The translations under genes were made by a program, and so were the position numbers. A stretch of 64,000 nt of DNA from Candidatus Buchananbacteria bacterium (GTDB taxonomy: Bacteria > Patescibacteriota > Patescibacteriia > Buchananbacterales > UBA6539). The stretch covers positions 276,441-340,440 of the forward strand of contig JABWCG010000001.1 in assembly GCA_013359225.1 (NCBI GenBank), in the 5' to 3' direction. The notes under the pieces were generated by a model. That model did no database searches, was not told the DNA's origin, and was given only the letters and a program-made list of their open reading frames with translations. Position 1 is the stretch's first letter. Each line of letters opens with the position of its first letter. This document shows, one piece after another, positions 19,299 through 29,143 of the stretch.

Positions 19299-19334
19299 AA
19301 AAAAACACCTCGCATCAACTCGAGGTATTTTTTA
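19299..19334. terminator. Bidirectional terminator between the rhodanese gene and rnpB
   Basis: aaaaaaacacctcg/cgaggtatttttt. Confidence 0.7.
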
Positions 19335-19337
19335 TTG

Positions 19338-19840
19338 TCTAAGCAAATCGATAAGCCGAATTTTGTACCGCGCTTGAAAGCGTGGTGATGGTCATCTATC
19401 TAGGCCATTTGTCGCCAAATGACTCAAGCTGCCTACCTAATTTGGCATTGCACCTGGTAGGTGTTTACCACACCGACTGTTACCAGTCAGACGTGCGTGG
19501 GCTCTTACCCCACGATTTCAACCTTACCGGTCGCAACGAGTGCGACTTGGGCGGTATATTTTCTGTTGCACTTGCCCTAGGCTTCGCAACAGAATAGAAG
19601 CCTTAAGAACTTCTACTCTTTTACTTATTCCCGGCTCCCGTTAGGAGCTACCTTTTGTAATGGTGTTCGGACTTTCCTCCCTCCACATGAAAACGCACCG
19701 TCTTGTTATTTGCCGTAAAAAATCTGTATAACTTTTGGTATTACTGTTCTATTTCTTCGAAATAAACCGTACCTGCATCTTTTACCAGTAAATTTGCCAA
19801 TGCGCTTTCAGGTGGAGGGCGACCATCTAATTTACTTAGA
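19338..19840 (-). ncRNA. rnpB: RNase P RNA (type A-like)
   Basis: On - strand: GAGGAAAGTCCGAACACC (CR-I), AGTGCAACAGAAA, GGTAAAC..C, ACAAAATTCGGCTTAT (CR-V); P1 tctaagtaaatt/gatttgcttaga. Confidence 0.93.
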
Positions 19841-19847
19841 CTAAAAT

Positions 19848-19876
19848 AGACTAGCACAAATTTACTGACTTGTCAA
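19848..19876 (-). promoter_or_regulatory. rnpB promoter
   Basis: TTGACA-17 nt-TAGTCT ending 7 nt before P1. Confidence 0.7.
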
Positions 19877-19931
19877 GTTTAGTTGATTTTCAACCCCATT
19901 TTTGCTATGCTAAACGCTAGAAACTAGACTT

Positions 19932-21335
19932 ATGAAAAAGTCGGAATTGATATTAACCGCTGTTAAACCGCCGTTGGACTATTTGGCGTTAGTTTTTGCG
20001 GCATTGGGGGCGTACTCCATTCGTTATTTACCGGAAATCCAAAAGATTAGACCGGTAGTTTTTGATTTGCCATTTAAAGAATATTTTCAAATCAGCTTGG
20101 GAATCTGCGTTGGGTGGGTATTGATTTTCGCCTTAACTGGGCTGTATAGCGTCAGCGGCCCAAAAAAAATCAGAGGTGAAGTGACTAAAATTTTTATTGC
20201 CTGTTCGGCCGGGCTTGCATTTGTTTTGGGCGTGATGGTCTTTAACCGATTTTTGTTTGACTCTCGTTTTATTATTTTGGCTGGCTGGGTATTAGCATTT
20301 GTTTTTGTCAGCATAGAGAGGGGACTAATCAACTTGATTCAAAAATTTGCCTACCGCTTTGGCTTTGGTGTTCACCGGATTGTAATCATTGGCAATGGTA
20401 ATGTGGCCGATGAACTTAAAAAGGAATTTTCAACCAAGCCAGGCCTGGGGTATTTGGTTGTTGGCCAGTTTAGAAATTTTAACGAAAATGCCAAACTGCA
20501 AATCAGTCAGATGGTTGATAACGATCAACTTGATGAAATTATTCAAATCAACCCTAACGCCAACATTGAAGAAACTAATCAGCTGCTTGATTTTATTACC
20601 GAACACCATCTCGATTTTCGCTACACGGCCGATTTATTAGGAACGCAGCTGGTTAATTTGGAAATGACAACTTACGCCGGTATGCCGGTGGTAGAAGTGA
20701 AAAAAACCAGGCTGGACGGCTGGGGGCGAATCTATAAAAGGACGTTTGATATTATCGGCTCAGTCCTGTTAATCATTGTCACTTCACCGGTTATGGTTAT
20801 AACTGCTATTCTGATTAAACTGGACAGTAAAGGGCCGGTATTGTTTAAATATAAACGCATCGGACAGTTTGGAAAACCATTTACTTATTTTAAATTTCGC
20901 TCAATGTTTAAAGGCAGCCACAAGCTACGGTTTGATTCTGAATTTTTGGCGAGCCAGCAGAATGTCCGCGAAGGTAGTCCCATGATTAAATTTCAAAAAG
21001 ATCCCCGAATTACTCGGGTTGGACGAGTTATTAGGCGTTTTAGCATTGATGAACTGCCGGAATTGTTTTTATCGCTGATTGGTAAAATGAGTTTAGTCGG
21101 GCCGCGGCCGCACGAAGTTGAAGAAGTTGAAAAATATCAGCGGCACCATAAAAAAGTTTTAACTATCAAGCCGGGCATAACCGGAATGGCCCAGGTTTCC
21201 GGACGGTCTGATCTTGATTTTGAAAAAGAAGTCAAACTTGACACCTACTACATTGAAAACTGGTCGCTGGGCTTAGACTTTATGATTTTATTAAAAACCC
21301 CATTAGCCGTTTTAAAAAGGAGACAAACCGAATGA
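19932..21335 (+). CDS. Polyprenyl-phosphate glycosylphosphotransferase (WcaJ/WbaP-like priming enzyme)
   Basis: KRTFDI, FKFRSM, DPRITRVG, SIDELP, MSLVGPRP, KPGITGMAQV. Confidence 0.93.
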   Translation: MKKSELILTAVKPPLDYLALVFAALGAYSIRYLPEIQKIRPVVFDLPFKEYFQISLGICVGWVLIFALTGLYSVSGPKKIRGEVTKIFIACSAGLAFVLGVMVFNRFLFDSRFIILAGWVLAFVFVSIERGLINLIQKFAYRFGFGVHRIVIIGNGNVADELKKEFSTKPGLGYLVVGQFRNFNENAKLQISQMVDNDQLDEIIQINPNANIEETNQLLDFITEHHLDFRYTADLLGTQLVNLEMTTYAGMPVVEVKKTRLDGWGRIYKRTFDIIGSVLLIIVTSPVMVITAILIKLDSKGPVLFKYKRIGQFGKPFTYFKFRSMFKGSHKLRFDSEFLASQQNVREGSPMIKFQKDPRITRVGRVIRRFSIDELPELFLSLIGKMSLVGPRPHEVEEVEKYQRHHKKVLTIKPGITGMAQVSGRSDLDFEKEVKLDTYYIENWSLGLDFMILLKTPLAVLKRRQTE

Positions 21336-22450
21336 AGCTCGCGTTAGTACATGATCATCTAATTCAAGAAGGCGGCGCCGAACGGGTGTTGCAGGTTTTG
21401 CAAGACTTATACCCCGACGCTCCAACCTACACTCTGTTGTATGATCAGGAAAAACTGGGCTCGCTTTTTAAAGGTAAAGACATACGCACCTCGTTTTTGC
21501 AAAACTGGCCGGGAGCTTTAAAGCACTATCAGTGGTTTTTACCGGTTATGCCGACTGCTACCGAAAGCTATAATCTGGCTGATTATGATGTGGTACTTTC
21601 CAGTTCATCAGCGATGGCTAAAGGGGTGGTGACCAGATCAAATACCCTGCATTTTTGCTATTGTCACACACCAACTAGGTACCTGTGGTCTGACACTCAC
21701 CGCTACATCGACGAATTGAAATACAACCGAGTAGTTAAAAAAATTATTCCCCTAATGCTAACCCAGTTGCGGCTTTGGGATCAGCAAGCCGCCCAGCGGG
21801 TTGACTATTTTATTGCTAATTCAAAGAATGTCGCGGCCCGAATTGAAAAATATTACCGCCGTAGTTCGGTAGTAATCCATCCGCCGGTTGACACCAAACA
21901 ATTTCAGATCAGCGAAGCAGTCGGCAAATATTTTCTCACCGGTGGGCGCCTGGTAACATACAAAAAGTTTGACTTAACCATTCAGGCATTTAACCGCTTA
22001 GGAATTCCGCTAAAAATTTTTGGCATCGGGCCGGAAGAAAGCAAATTGCGTGCAATGGCTAAATCTAATATTGAGTTTGTCGGCAAAGTTGATTCCAAGC
22101 AGCTGGCAAAGCTATACAGTGAGGCAATTGCGTTTATTCATCCGCAAATTGAGGACTTTGGCATTACTATTGTTGAATCAATGGCATCGGGCCGACCGGT
22201 AATTGCCTATTCGGCCGGTGGGGCCTGTGAAACCGTGGTGGAAAAAAAGACCGGCAAATTTTTTGATGAACAAACCTGGGAAGCCTTAGCCGACACTATT
22301 GTTAGGTTTAAACCGGAGGAATACGATCCAAAAGTTATTCGAGCATATGCTGAACAATTTGGCACTGAAAGATTTAAAAAAGAAATCAACGATTTGATCC
22401 AAGCCGAGCTGGAGAAGATGAACAGCTCCCAAATTCGTTGCGGATTTTAA
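21332..22450 (+). CDS. GT4 glycosyltransferase (WbaZ-like)
   Basis: ALVHDHL..GGAERVL, CYCHTPTRYLW, EDFGITIVESMASG. Confidence 0.92.
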   Translation: MKLALVHDHLIQEGGAERVLQVLQDLYPDAPTYTLLYDQEKLGSLFKGKDIRTSFLQNWPGALKHYQWFLPVMPTATESYNLADYDVVLSSSSAMAKGVVTRSNTLHFCYCHTPTRYLWSDTHRYIDELKYNRVVKKIIPLMLTQLRLWDQQAAQRVDYFIANSKNVAARIEKYYRRSSVVIHPPVDTKQFQISEAVGKYFLTGGRLVTYKKFDLTIQAFNRLGIPLKIFGIGPEESKLRAMAKSNIEFVGKVDSKQLAKLYSEAIAFIHPQIEDFGITIVESMASGRPVIAYSAGGACETVVEKKTGKFFDEQTWEALADTIVRFKPEEYDPKVIRAYAEQFGTERFKKEINDLIQAELEKMNSSQIRCGF

Positions 22451-22456
22451 TAACGT

Positions 22457-23584
22457 ATGAAAATAGGAGTTGACGTTCGCTGTTTGATGGAAAAACAGTA
22501 TTCCGGCATCAGCGAATACACCTACAATCTGCTCAAAGCCTTATTCAAAATTGATCAGGAAAATCAATATTTTTTGTTTTATAATTCTTCAAAGCCGGTC
22601 AAAATGCCGGAATTTGACAGTCCAAGAGTTTTTTATAAAGCATTTAATTATCCAAACAAGCTTTTTAACTTATCGTTACGATTCCTAAAAATTGCCGAAA
22701 TTGACAAATTAGTCGGCGGCGTGGATGTCTTTTTGATTCCCAGCTTTTTATTTTCTAACCTTTCAAAAGATTGCCGTAAGATTTTAATCGTTCACGATTT
22801 ATCATTTGAACTCTATCCTGAATTTTTTACTTTTAAAAAACAACTGTGGCACCATTTAATTGAACCGCGCCGGATTACTAACACTGCTGATAGTATCATT
22901 GCCATATCGGAAAATACTAAACAAGATGTGGTAAAAATTTATCAGACGCCGCCGGAAAAAATTGACGTAATTTATAACGGCATCAGCGACATGTTTTTTG
23001 AACCAATCACCGACAACGATATTTCGCGCGTCAAGAAAAAATATGATTTGCCGGACGAATACATTTTTTCGCTAGGCAACCTCGAACCGCGAAAAAATGT
23101 CGAGTCACTCCTTAAAGCTTTCAATCTATTGGAAAATAAATCAATTCAACTAGTCATTGCCGGCGGTCAGGCCTGGAAATATCAAAAAATCTACCAGATT
23201 TGGCAAAAATCAGCTAAAAAAAATCAGATTAAGTTTATCGGCTATGTTGATGCCAAAGACCGCGCGGCGCTGTACCACTTGGCAAAAGTGTTTGTTTATC
23301 CCTCCATTTATGAAGGGTTTGGCCTGCCGCCGATCGAGGCTATGGCCTGCGGCACACCCGTTATTAGCAGTTTTACTTCCTCGTTGGTTGAATCAGTTAA
23401 TGACGCCGGGCTGTTAATTGACCCGCAGAATTATAACGAATTGGCTAAAACCATTGATCAATATTTGGCTGACAGCAGATTGCAGGAAATATTAAAAACA
23501 AAAGGATTAGAGTATGCCAAACAGTTTAACTGGGCCAATACCGCTAAGGCTGTTTTAGCTGTTTTAAATCGAGAAAAAAAATGA
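22457..23584 (+). CDS. GT4 glycosyltransferase
   Basis: GNLEPRKN, YEGFGLPPIEAMACG. Confidence 0.92.
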   Translation: MKIGVDVRCLMEKQYSGISEYTYNLLKALFKIDQENQYFLFYNSSKPVKMPEFDSPRVFYKAFNYPNKLFNLSLRFLKIAEIDKLVGGVDVFLIPSFLFSNLSKDCRKILIVHDLSFELYPEFFTFKKQLWHHLIEPRRITNTADSIIAISENTKQDVVKIYQTPPEKIDVIYNGISDMFFEPITDNDISRVKKKYDLPDEYIFSLGNLEPRKNVESLLKAFNLLENKSIQLVIAGGQAWKYQKIYQIWQKSAKKNQIKFIGYVDAKDRAALYHLAKVFVYPSIYEGFGLPPIEAMACGTPVISSFTSSLVESVNDAGLLIDPQNYNELAKTIDQYLADSRLQEILKTKGLEYAKQFNWANTAKAVLAVLNREKK

Positions 23585-24696
23585 GAATCGGAATCGATGC
23601 CCGAATGTACGGTCCGCAAGCCGCGACTGGCATCGGGAACTATATCAAAAATCTCACCCAAAATCTTTTTGCCGTTGACCAAACCAACGAATATTTTTTA
23701 TTCATGATTGAACCGCAATTTTCAGCGTTCACCCCGCCCAATGAGCGGGTTAAAAAAATTAAAGTTGACAGTCCGTGGTACAGCTGGTCAGAACAGTTAA
23801 AATTACCTTTTGTCTATCGACATTACAATCTTGACATATTACATGTGCCTCATTTTAACGTGCCGATATTTTATCCGGGCAAAATGGTTACTAGCATTCA
23901 TGATATCACCCCGAAATTTTTTCCGGGCCCGGTGGTGAGTAAATCAATAATCCGAAAACTTGGTTATAACGCCGTTTTACGCTCGGCGGTTTACAAATCA
24001 AAAAGCATTCTGGTCGGCTCACAGCACACTAAAAACGAAATCACCAAGCATTTTAAAGTCGATGAAAGTAAAATCAAAGTCATTCCTTTGGGCTATGATT
24101 TTGCCGCCGCAAAACAATATTTAGCTTCACCTCAGCAATTGGTCGAAAAATATAAAATCACCAAACCGTTTATTTTATATATTGGTGTCTGGCGTGATCA
24201 TAAGAATTTACCGGGACTGATTACTGCTTTTGATATTATTAAAGAAAAATTTGGCTTAGATTATCAGTTAGTCTTGGGAGGCAAAGCTGACCCTAGCTAT
24301 CCGGAAATACCGCTGGCGATTAACAAGGCTAAATATCGGCAAGATATTATTGTTCCCGGTTACATTCCTGAAGATGAATTGCCAAACTTTTATCAGCATG
24401 CCAAAGTATTTGTCTTGCCGTCATTTTGTGAAGGGTTTGGTCTTGTTGCCCTTGAGTCGGCAACTTGGGGTGTGCCGGTAGCAGCTTCAAACACCACCAG
24501 TGTTCCGGAAGTCTTGGGACCGGCCGGAAAGTATTTTAATCCGCATGACCCCGAAGAAATGGCGCGGGTTGTTAGTGAAGTTGCAACTAATGAAAACCTT
24601 CATCAAAATCTTGTCACTCTTGGCTATGAACAAGCTAAAAAATACAGCTGGGTTGAAACTGCCAAGCAAACTTTAGCAGTTTACCAAGCAAGTTAA
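23581..24696 (+). CDS. GT4 glycosyltransferase
   Basis: MRIGIDAR, HKNL, EGFGLVALE. Confidence 0.92.
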   Translation: MRIGIDARMYGPQAATGIGNYIKNLTQNLFAVDQTNEYFLFMIEPQFSAFTPPNERVKKIKVDSPWYSWSEQLKLPFVYRHYNLDILHVPHFNVPIFYPGKMVTSIHDITPKFFPGPVVSKSIIRKLGYNAVLRSAVYKSKSILVGSQHTKNEITKHFKVDESKIKVIPLGYDFAAAKQYLASPQQLVEKYKITKPFILYIGVWRDHKNLPGLITAFDIIKEKFGLDYQLVLGGKADPSYPEIPLAINKAKYRQDIIVPGYIPEDELPNFYQHAKVFVLPSFCEGFGLVALESATWGVPVAASNTTSVPEVLGPAGKYFNPHDPEEMARVVSEVATNENLHQNLVTLGYEQAKKYSWVETAKQTLAVYQAS

Positions 24697-24747
24697 TTTG
24701 TGTTATAATAAAACCGTCTTAGTTTTAGAAACTTAGCGGTTATTATT

Positions 24748-27219
24748 ATGACCGAAGAAAATAAACAGGAAAAAACAAAAAAATCGGCTTCAGTCCGAAA
24801 AGTTCGCGCCAAAAAACTAGCTTCAACAGCTAAAAAAACCAGCGTCAAGGCGAAAAATCTACCCTTAAACTCAGAACCAATCGAATCTGAAGTTACTATT
24901 TCTAGTATCCCAACCAAGAAATCTGGTCATGTGGTCAATTTAAAAAATCCCTATAGTGAAAAATTTGAAAAAATTATCTCCGGCAAAGCAGCCCTGAAAA
25001 CTCAGGTTCCCATTCCGCCGCCTCCGCCCAACATTCGTCCGGCGACCAAAAAGACCAAAAAAATGGGGGTCAATTTTATGACGAATAAAACCTCCATTCT
25101 TAAGATTGGACAAAATTTATTACCCTCGATACCCTCGGTAGCCGCCAGTCCGCAATTGGAAACAAAAAAACTTCCCGAGCCGGGAACATTTGAAAAAATT
25201 GAGGAGGAAATTGAAGATATCTTTGCGCCGCCATCTGAATATCGGGTACTGTCTTTAAATATTCCCAAAGATTGGCATAAGCGCCTGGTGGCGTTTGTTA
25301 TTTTTTCTTTGGTTTTTGTTTTGCCATTGCAGGCTTTAACGTATTACCAGAGTTTGCAAAAAACTCAGGACCGGGTGCTTTATGCAACCAATGAAGCCAT
25401 TGAAAACTTAAAGCTTGGTGAGCAGGCGATCGCTAATTTTGATTTGACAGGGGCGACTAATCAGTTTAACGAGGCTAAATCTAACTTTACCCTGGCTCAA
25501 AATGAGATTAATGCCTTAAATAGTTTGACGACGGAACTCATTAAATTTTTGCCGGAAAAAGGTGAATCAATGAACGCCGGACTCAATTTACTGGCTGCCG
25601 GTCAGCTAGTTGCTGAAACCGGGCAAATCATGATTGCCGATGCTAGTAAGCTTTTAACCAGTAAATCGCTTCAAGAGTATTACCAATCACTGGTTAGTTT
25701 TGAAAAAACCTTGCGTCAAGCGCTGAAAAATTTTAGGGAAGCGAAAACAAAAATTGAGTCTGTCAAACTGTCGGATTTACCCGAACAACACCGGCAAGAT
25801 TTTGAAAAAGTGGTTAATAATTTGCCGACAATCGAGCAGGGAATTATTAATCTGTATCAACTCAACGATGCCGGCTTAAAACTCTTGGGGCACGAACAGT
25901 GGTCTCGGTATATGCTGGTCTTTTTGAATAATAACGAATTGCGGGCAACGGGAGGCTTCATGGGCAGTTTTGGGTTGCTGGATATTGATCGGGGAGAAAT
26001 AAAAAAGCTTGATATCCCTGGCGGCGGTACGTATGATATTCAGGGTCAGTTGACCAAAAAAGTTATTTCTCCAGAGCCGCTTCATTTAATTAACTCCCGT
26101 TGGGAATTTCAGGATTCAAACTGGTGGCCTGATTTTCCGACTGCGGCGAAAAAAATGCAATGGTTTTACCAAAATGCCTCAAATCCGAGCGTTGACGGCG
26201 TAATTACTATCACCTCAACAATGATGGAACGGTTGCTGGCAATTTTTGGCCCGATTGAAATGCCGGAATATGGCCGAACAATCAGCAGTGAAAATTTTGT
26301 CACGGAAACCCAAAAAATAGTTGAAATTGAATACGATCGGGAAGAGAATCGACCAAAACAATTTATTGCCGACTTGGCCCCAAAACTGCTTGAAAGGATT
26401 TTTAAGGCTAATAACGACCAAGTAAAGCAATTATTTAATCTAATTATCTCCGGTCTCAATGAAAAACAATTAATGGTATATTTTAACGATCCAGAACTTG
26501 AAGATGTCATCACCCAATTTGGCTGGTCGGGAGCCTTAAAATCCACCGAAGGAGACTATCTGAGCGTTGTCCACACCAATTTGGCCGGCGGCAAAACCGA
26601 CGGCGTTATCAAGGAAACTATTGAACATGCGGCTGAAATCCAACCCGATGGTTCAATCATTGATACAGTAAAACTGATTCGCCGTCATACCGGTAAACCC
26701 GGCGAAAGCGTTTTCACAGGCGTGCAAAATAATAGTTATGTTAGGTTTTATGTGCCGCTTGGCAGCACGCTACTGGAAGCGTCCGGATTTAAAAAACCGC
26801 CGGAAAAATTTTTTGATGAAGTAACAAGCGAGCTGATTCCGGATGCTGATTTATTAAGTATTGAAACTGATCGCTTTCAGGATGAAAAAACCGGCACTGA
26901 CGTTTATAAATCATTTGGCAAAACCGTTTTTGGCAACTGGCTACAGCTTAAGGCCGGGGAGGTCCAGGAAGTAACTATCAAATACCGCTTGCCGTTTAGT
27001 CTAAAAGCCGAACCTGAAAGTAAATACTACTACAGTCTCTTAGCCCAAAAACAAGCCGGTAGCCTTGGTAGCGAATTGAAAAGTTATCTGAAAACCAATA
27101 ACAATCTAATTCCTTTGGCAAAATTCCCAAATGATTTGCCAAGCGACGAAACTGGCGTTAGCTTTAACTCCATCCTGACCACCGACAAATTCTACGGCGT
27201 GGTTTTGGTAAACAAGTAA
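24748..27219 (+). CDS. DUF4012-domain membrane-anchored protein
   Basis: YMLVFLNNNELRATGGFMGS, DSNWWPDFP, VDGVI, NLAGGKTD, YVRFYVPLGS, QKQAG. Confidence 0.8.
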   Translation: MTEENKQEKTKKSASVRKVRAKKLASTAKKTSVKAKNLPLNSEPIESEVTISSIPTKKSGHVVNLKNPYSEKFEKIISGKAALKTQVPIPPPPPNIRPATKKTKKMGVNFMTNKTSILKIGQNLLPSIPSVAASPQLETKKLPEPGTFEKIEEEIEDIFAPPSEYRVLSLNIPKDWHKRLVAFVIFSLVFVLPLQALTYYQSLQKTQDRVLYATNEAIENLKLGEQAIANFDLTGATNQFNEAKSNFTLAQNEINALNSLTTELIKFLPEKGESMNAGLNLLAAGQLVAETGQIMIADASKLLTSKSLQEYYQSLVSFEKTLRQALKNFREAKTKIESVKLSDLPEQHRQDFEKVVNNLPTIEQGIINLYQLNDAGLKLLGHEQWSRYMLVFLNNNELRATGGFMGSFGLLDIDRGEIKKLDIPGGGTYDIQGQLTKKVISPEPLHLINSRWEFQDSNWWPDFPTAAKKMQWFYQNASNPSVDGVITITSTMMERLLAIFGPIEMPEYGRTISSENFVTETQKIVEIEYDREENRPKQFIADLAPKLLERIFKANNDQVKQLFNLIISGLNEKQLMVYFNDPELEDVITQFGWSGALKSTEGDYLSVVHTNLAGGKTDGVIKETIEHAAEIQPDGSIIDTVKLIRRHTGKPGESVFTGVQNNSYVRFYVPLGSTLLEASGFKKPPEKFFDEVTSELIPDADLLSIETDRFQDEKTGTDVYKSFGKTVFGNWLQLKAGEVQEVTIKYRLPFSLKAEPESKYYYSLLAQKQAGSLGSELKSYLKTNNNLIPLAKFPNDLPSDETGVSFNSILTTDKFYGVVLVNK

Positions 27220-27222
27220 TTT

Positions 27223-29130
27223 ATGGAAAACCAACGACTTAAAAAAATGAAAAAAGAATCCGGCGCTGAAGATTTAAATGTCCAAAAAGGACTGATGAAA
27301 ATTTACAGCAATTCCGACGGTAGCCTGCCGGACATTTCTCATCTTGAAGTCAGACGCAAGGGGCGCTGGCGAATGTTATTTTTAAGTTTTTTGGGAATTA
27401 CTTTATTGCTAGCAGCCATTTCCTGGCTGGGATTTTTAGTGTTTAATCCGACTACCGGCGTTGGAACTCAAAGTATCAAATTGGAGATAAAAGGCGAGCA
27501 AAATATTTCTTCGGGAGACGAACTGACGTACGTTTTGGAATACAAAAATATTGAAGACGTCACTTTGCATAATGTTGAATTGATATTCCGCTATCCCGAA
27601 GGATTTGAATTTATCTCAAGTGAACCAAAAGCCGCCAATGAATTTAACACCTCTTGGGCGCTGGGTGATTTGGCCAAAAATCAAAGCGGCAAAATTGAAA
27701 TTAAAGGTAAAATGATCGGAGAGGTCGGTTCAATAAAAAATATCAGCGTCACTGCTTCATTTAACCCGGAAAATTTCAGCTCAACATTTAAAGAATCGGC
27801 AAGTTTTAGTAGTCAGATAACTTCTTCAATTTTAAATATCACGCTTGAGGGTCCGGATAAAATTTTACCCGAAAAAAAGACTACTTATAAAATAAAATAC
27901 CGCAACGACTCCGACCAGGATCTGGAAAACATTAAAATTTTAGTGACTTACCCTAGCAATTTCTTGTTCCAGGAAGCAACTCCAGCAGCATTTCACCGGG
28001 AAGAAGATGCCCGCAACCTGAATAATCAATGGGTAATTGAAAAATTAGAAAAAAATCAGGAAGGAGAAATTGAAATTTCCGGCGGTTATCTCAAAGACCA
28101 AACAATTACTAATGCCGAATTTAAAGCGCAAATTGGCTTTTTAGACCCTGAAACCGAAGCCTTTTCACTTCAGCAAGAACAAATTATCACTACTCAGATT
28201 ATTGATTCCGGCCTTAGCCTAAACCTGATTATTAACGGTTCAAACCAGTCTCAACCGATTAATTTTGGGCAAACATTAACATATTCTCTTGTCTACAAGA
28301 ACTTGGGCCAGGAAGATTTGGACGATGTTTCCTTTAGCGTTACGTTGGACTCTGATATTCTCGATTGGGAAAGTTTAAGTGATCTTAATAATGGATTAAT
28401 TGAGGGTAACACCATCACTTGGAACAAAGATCAAATATCGCAATTTGATTTAATTAGACCACTGGACGAAGGAACAATTGATTTTTCAATAGACATCAAA
28501 GCTGCCGACAGTGTCAATATTAAAAACGCCGACCTACAAATTACCAGCACCGCTAAAGCGACTATGGTGAAAATTGGCGAAGTGGAAGTGCCTGACTTTG
28601 AAGTTGTTGCGCCGGAAATCAACAATAATATTAACACTGATATTCAACTCAATGTCGCCGGACGATACTTTGACGAAGACAACATTGCTGTTGGCACTGG
28701 GCCATTACCCCCGGCCGTTGGTCAAAAAACCACTTTTAGAATTTACTGGTCAATTGCCAACAGCCTTCATGAGGTAAAAGATGTGACTGTTACCACCAGC
28801 TTACCTGACGGCGTTATCTGGGAAAACAAATTTTTAGCCCGTGCCGGTGAAGTGGATTTTACCCAATCCGGAAACACTGTTACCTGGTCGATTGATCGAA
28901 TCCCACCCAACAAAGGTTTTGAAGATGTTAACTTTTGGTTTGATGTTTCTGTAACTCCAACCAAACAGCAGGCTAAAAAATTAATTATTTTGACCGATCA
29001 AACCGTTTTGCAGGCGACTGATCAGGCAACCGATTCAATTATCATCAAAAACGCCAAAGCCATTACTTCTAATTTGGAAGATGATCCAATCGGTGGCGGG
29101 CGCGGTTTAGTGATTGACTTGACGCAATAA
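27223..29130 (+). CDS. Membrane-anchored protein with repeated Ig-like (DUF11-like) domains
   Basis: One N-terminal TM; repeated (L/T)TYx(L/I)xY(K/R)N...L.(N/D)(V/I) modules; GPLPPAVG..TTFRIYW. Confidence 0.65.
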   Translation: MENQRLKKMKKESGAEDLNVQKGLMKIYSNSDGSLPDISHLEVRRKGRWRMLFLSFLGITLLLAAISWLGFLVFNPTTGVGTQSIKLEIKGEQNISSGDELTYVLEYKNIEDVTLHNVELIFRYPEGFEFISSEPKAANEFNTSWALGDLAKNQSGKIEIKGKMIGEVGSIKNISVTASFNPENFSSTFKESASFSSQITSSILNITLEGPDKILPEKKTTYKIKYRNDSDQDLENIKILVTYPSNFLFQEATPAAFHREEDARNLNNQWVIEKLEKNQEGEIEISGGYLKDQTITNAEFKAQIGFLDPETEAFSLQQEQIITTQIIDSGLSLNLIINGSNQSQPINFGQTLTYSLVYKNLGQEDLDDVSFSVTLDSDILDWESLSDLNNGLIEGNTITWNKDQISQFDLIRPLDEGTIDFSIDIKAADSVNIKNADLQITSTAKATMVKIGEVEVPDFEVVAPEINNNINTDIQLNVAGRYFDEDNIAVGTGPLPPAVGQKTTFRIYWSIANSLHEVKDVTVTTSLPDGVIWENKFLARAGEVDFTQSGNTVTWSIDRIPPNKGFEDVNFWFDVSVTPTKQQAKKLIILTDQTVLQATDQATDSIIIKNAKAITSNLEDDPIGGGRGLVIDLTQ

Positions 29131-29143
29131 GCAGCCAAACTTC

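Noticed and set aside
19382-19597. 71-aa + strand ORF
   Set aside because: It lies antisense within the RNase P RNA gene
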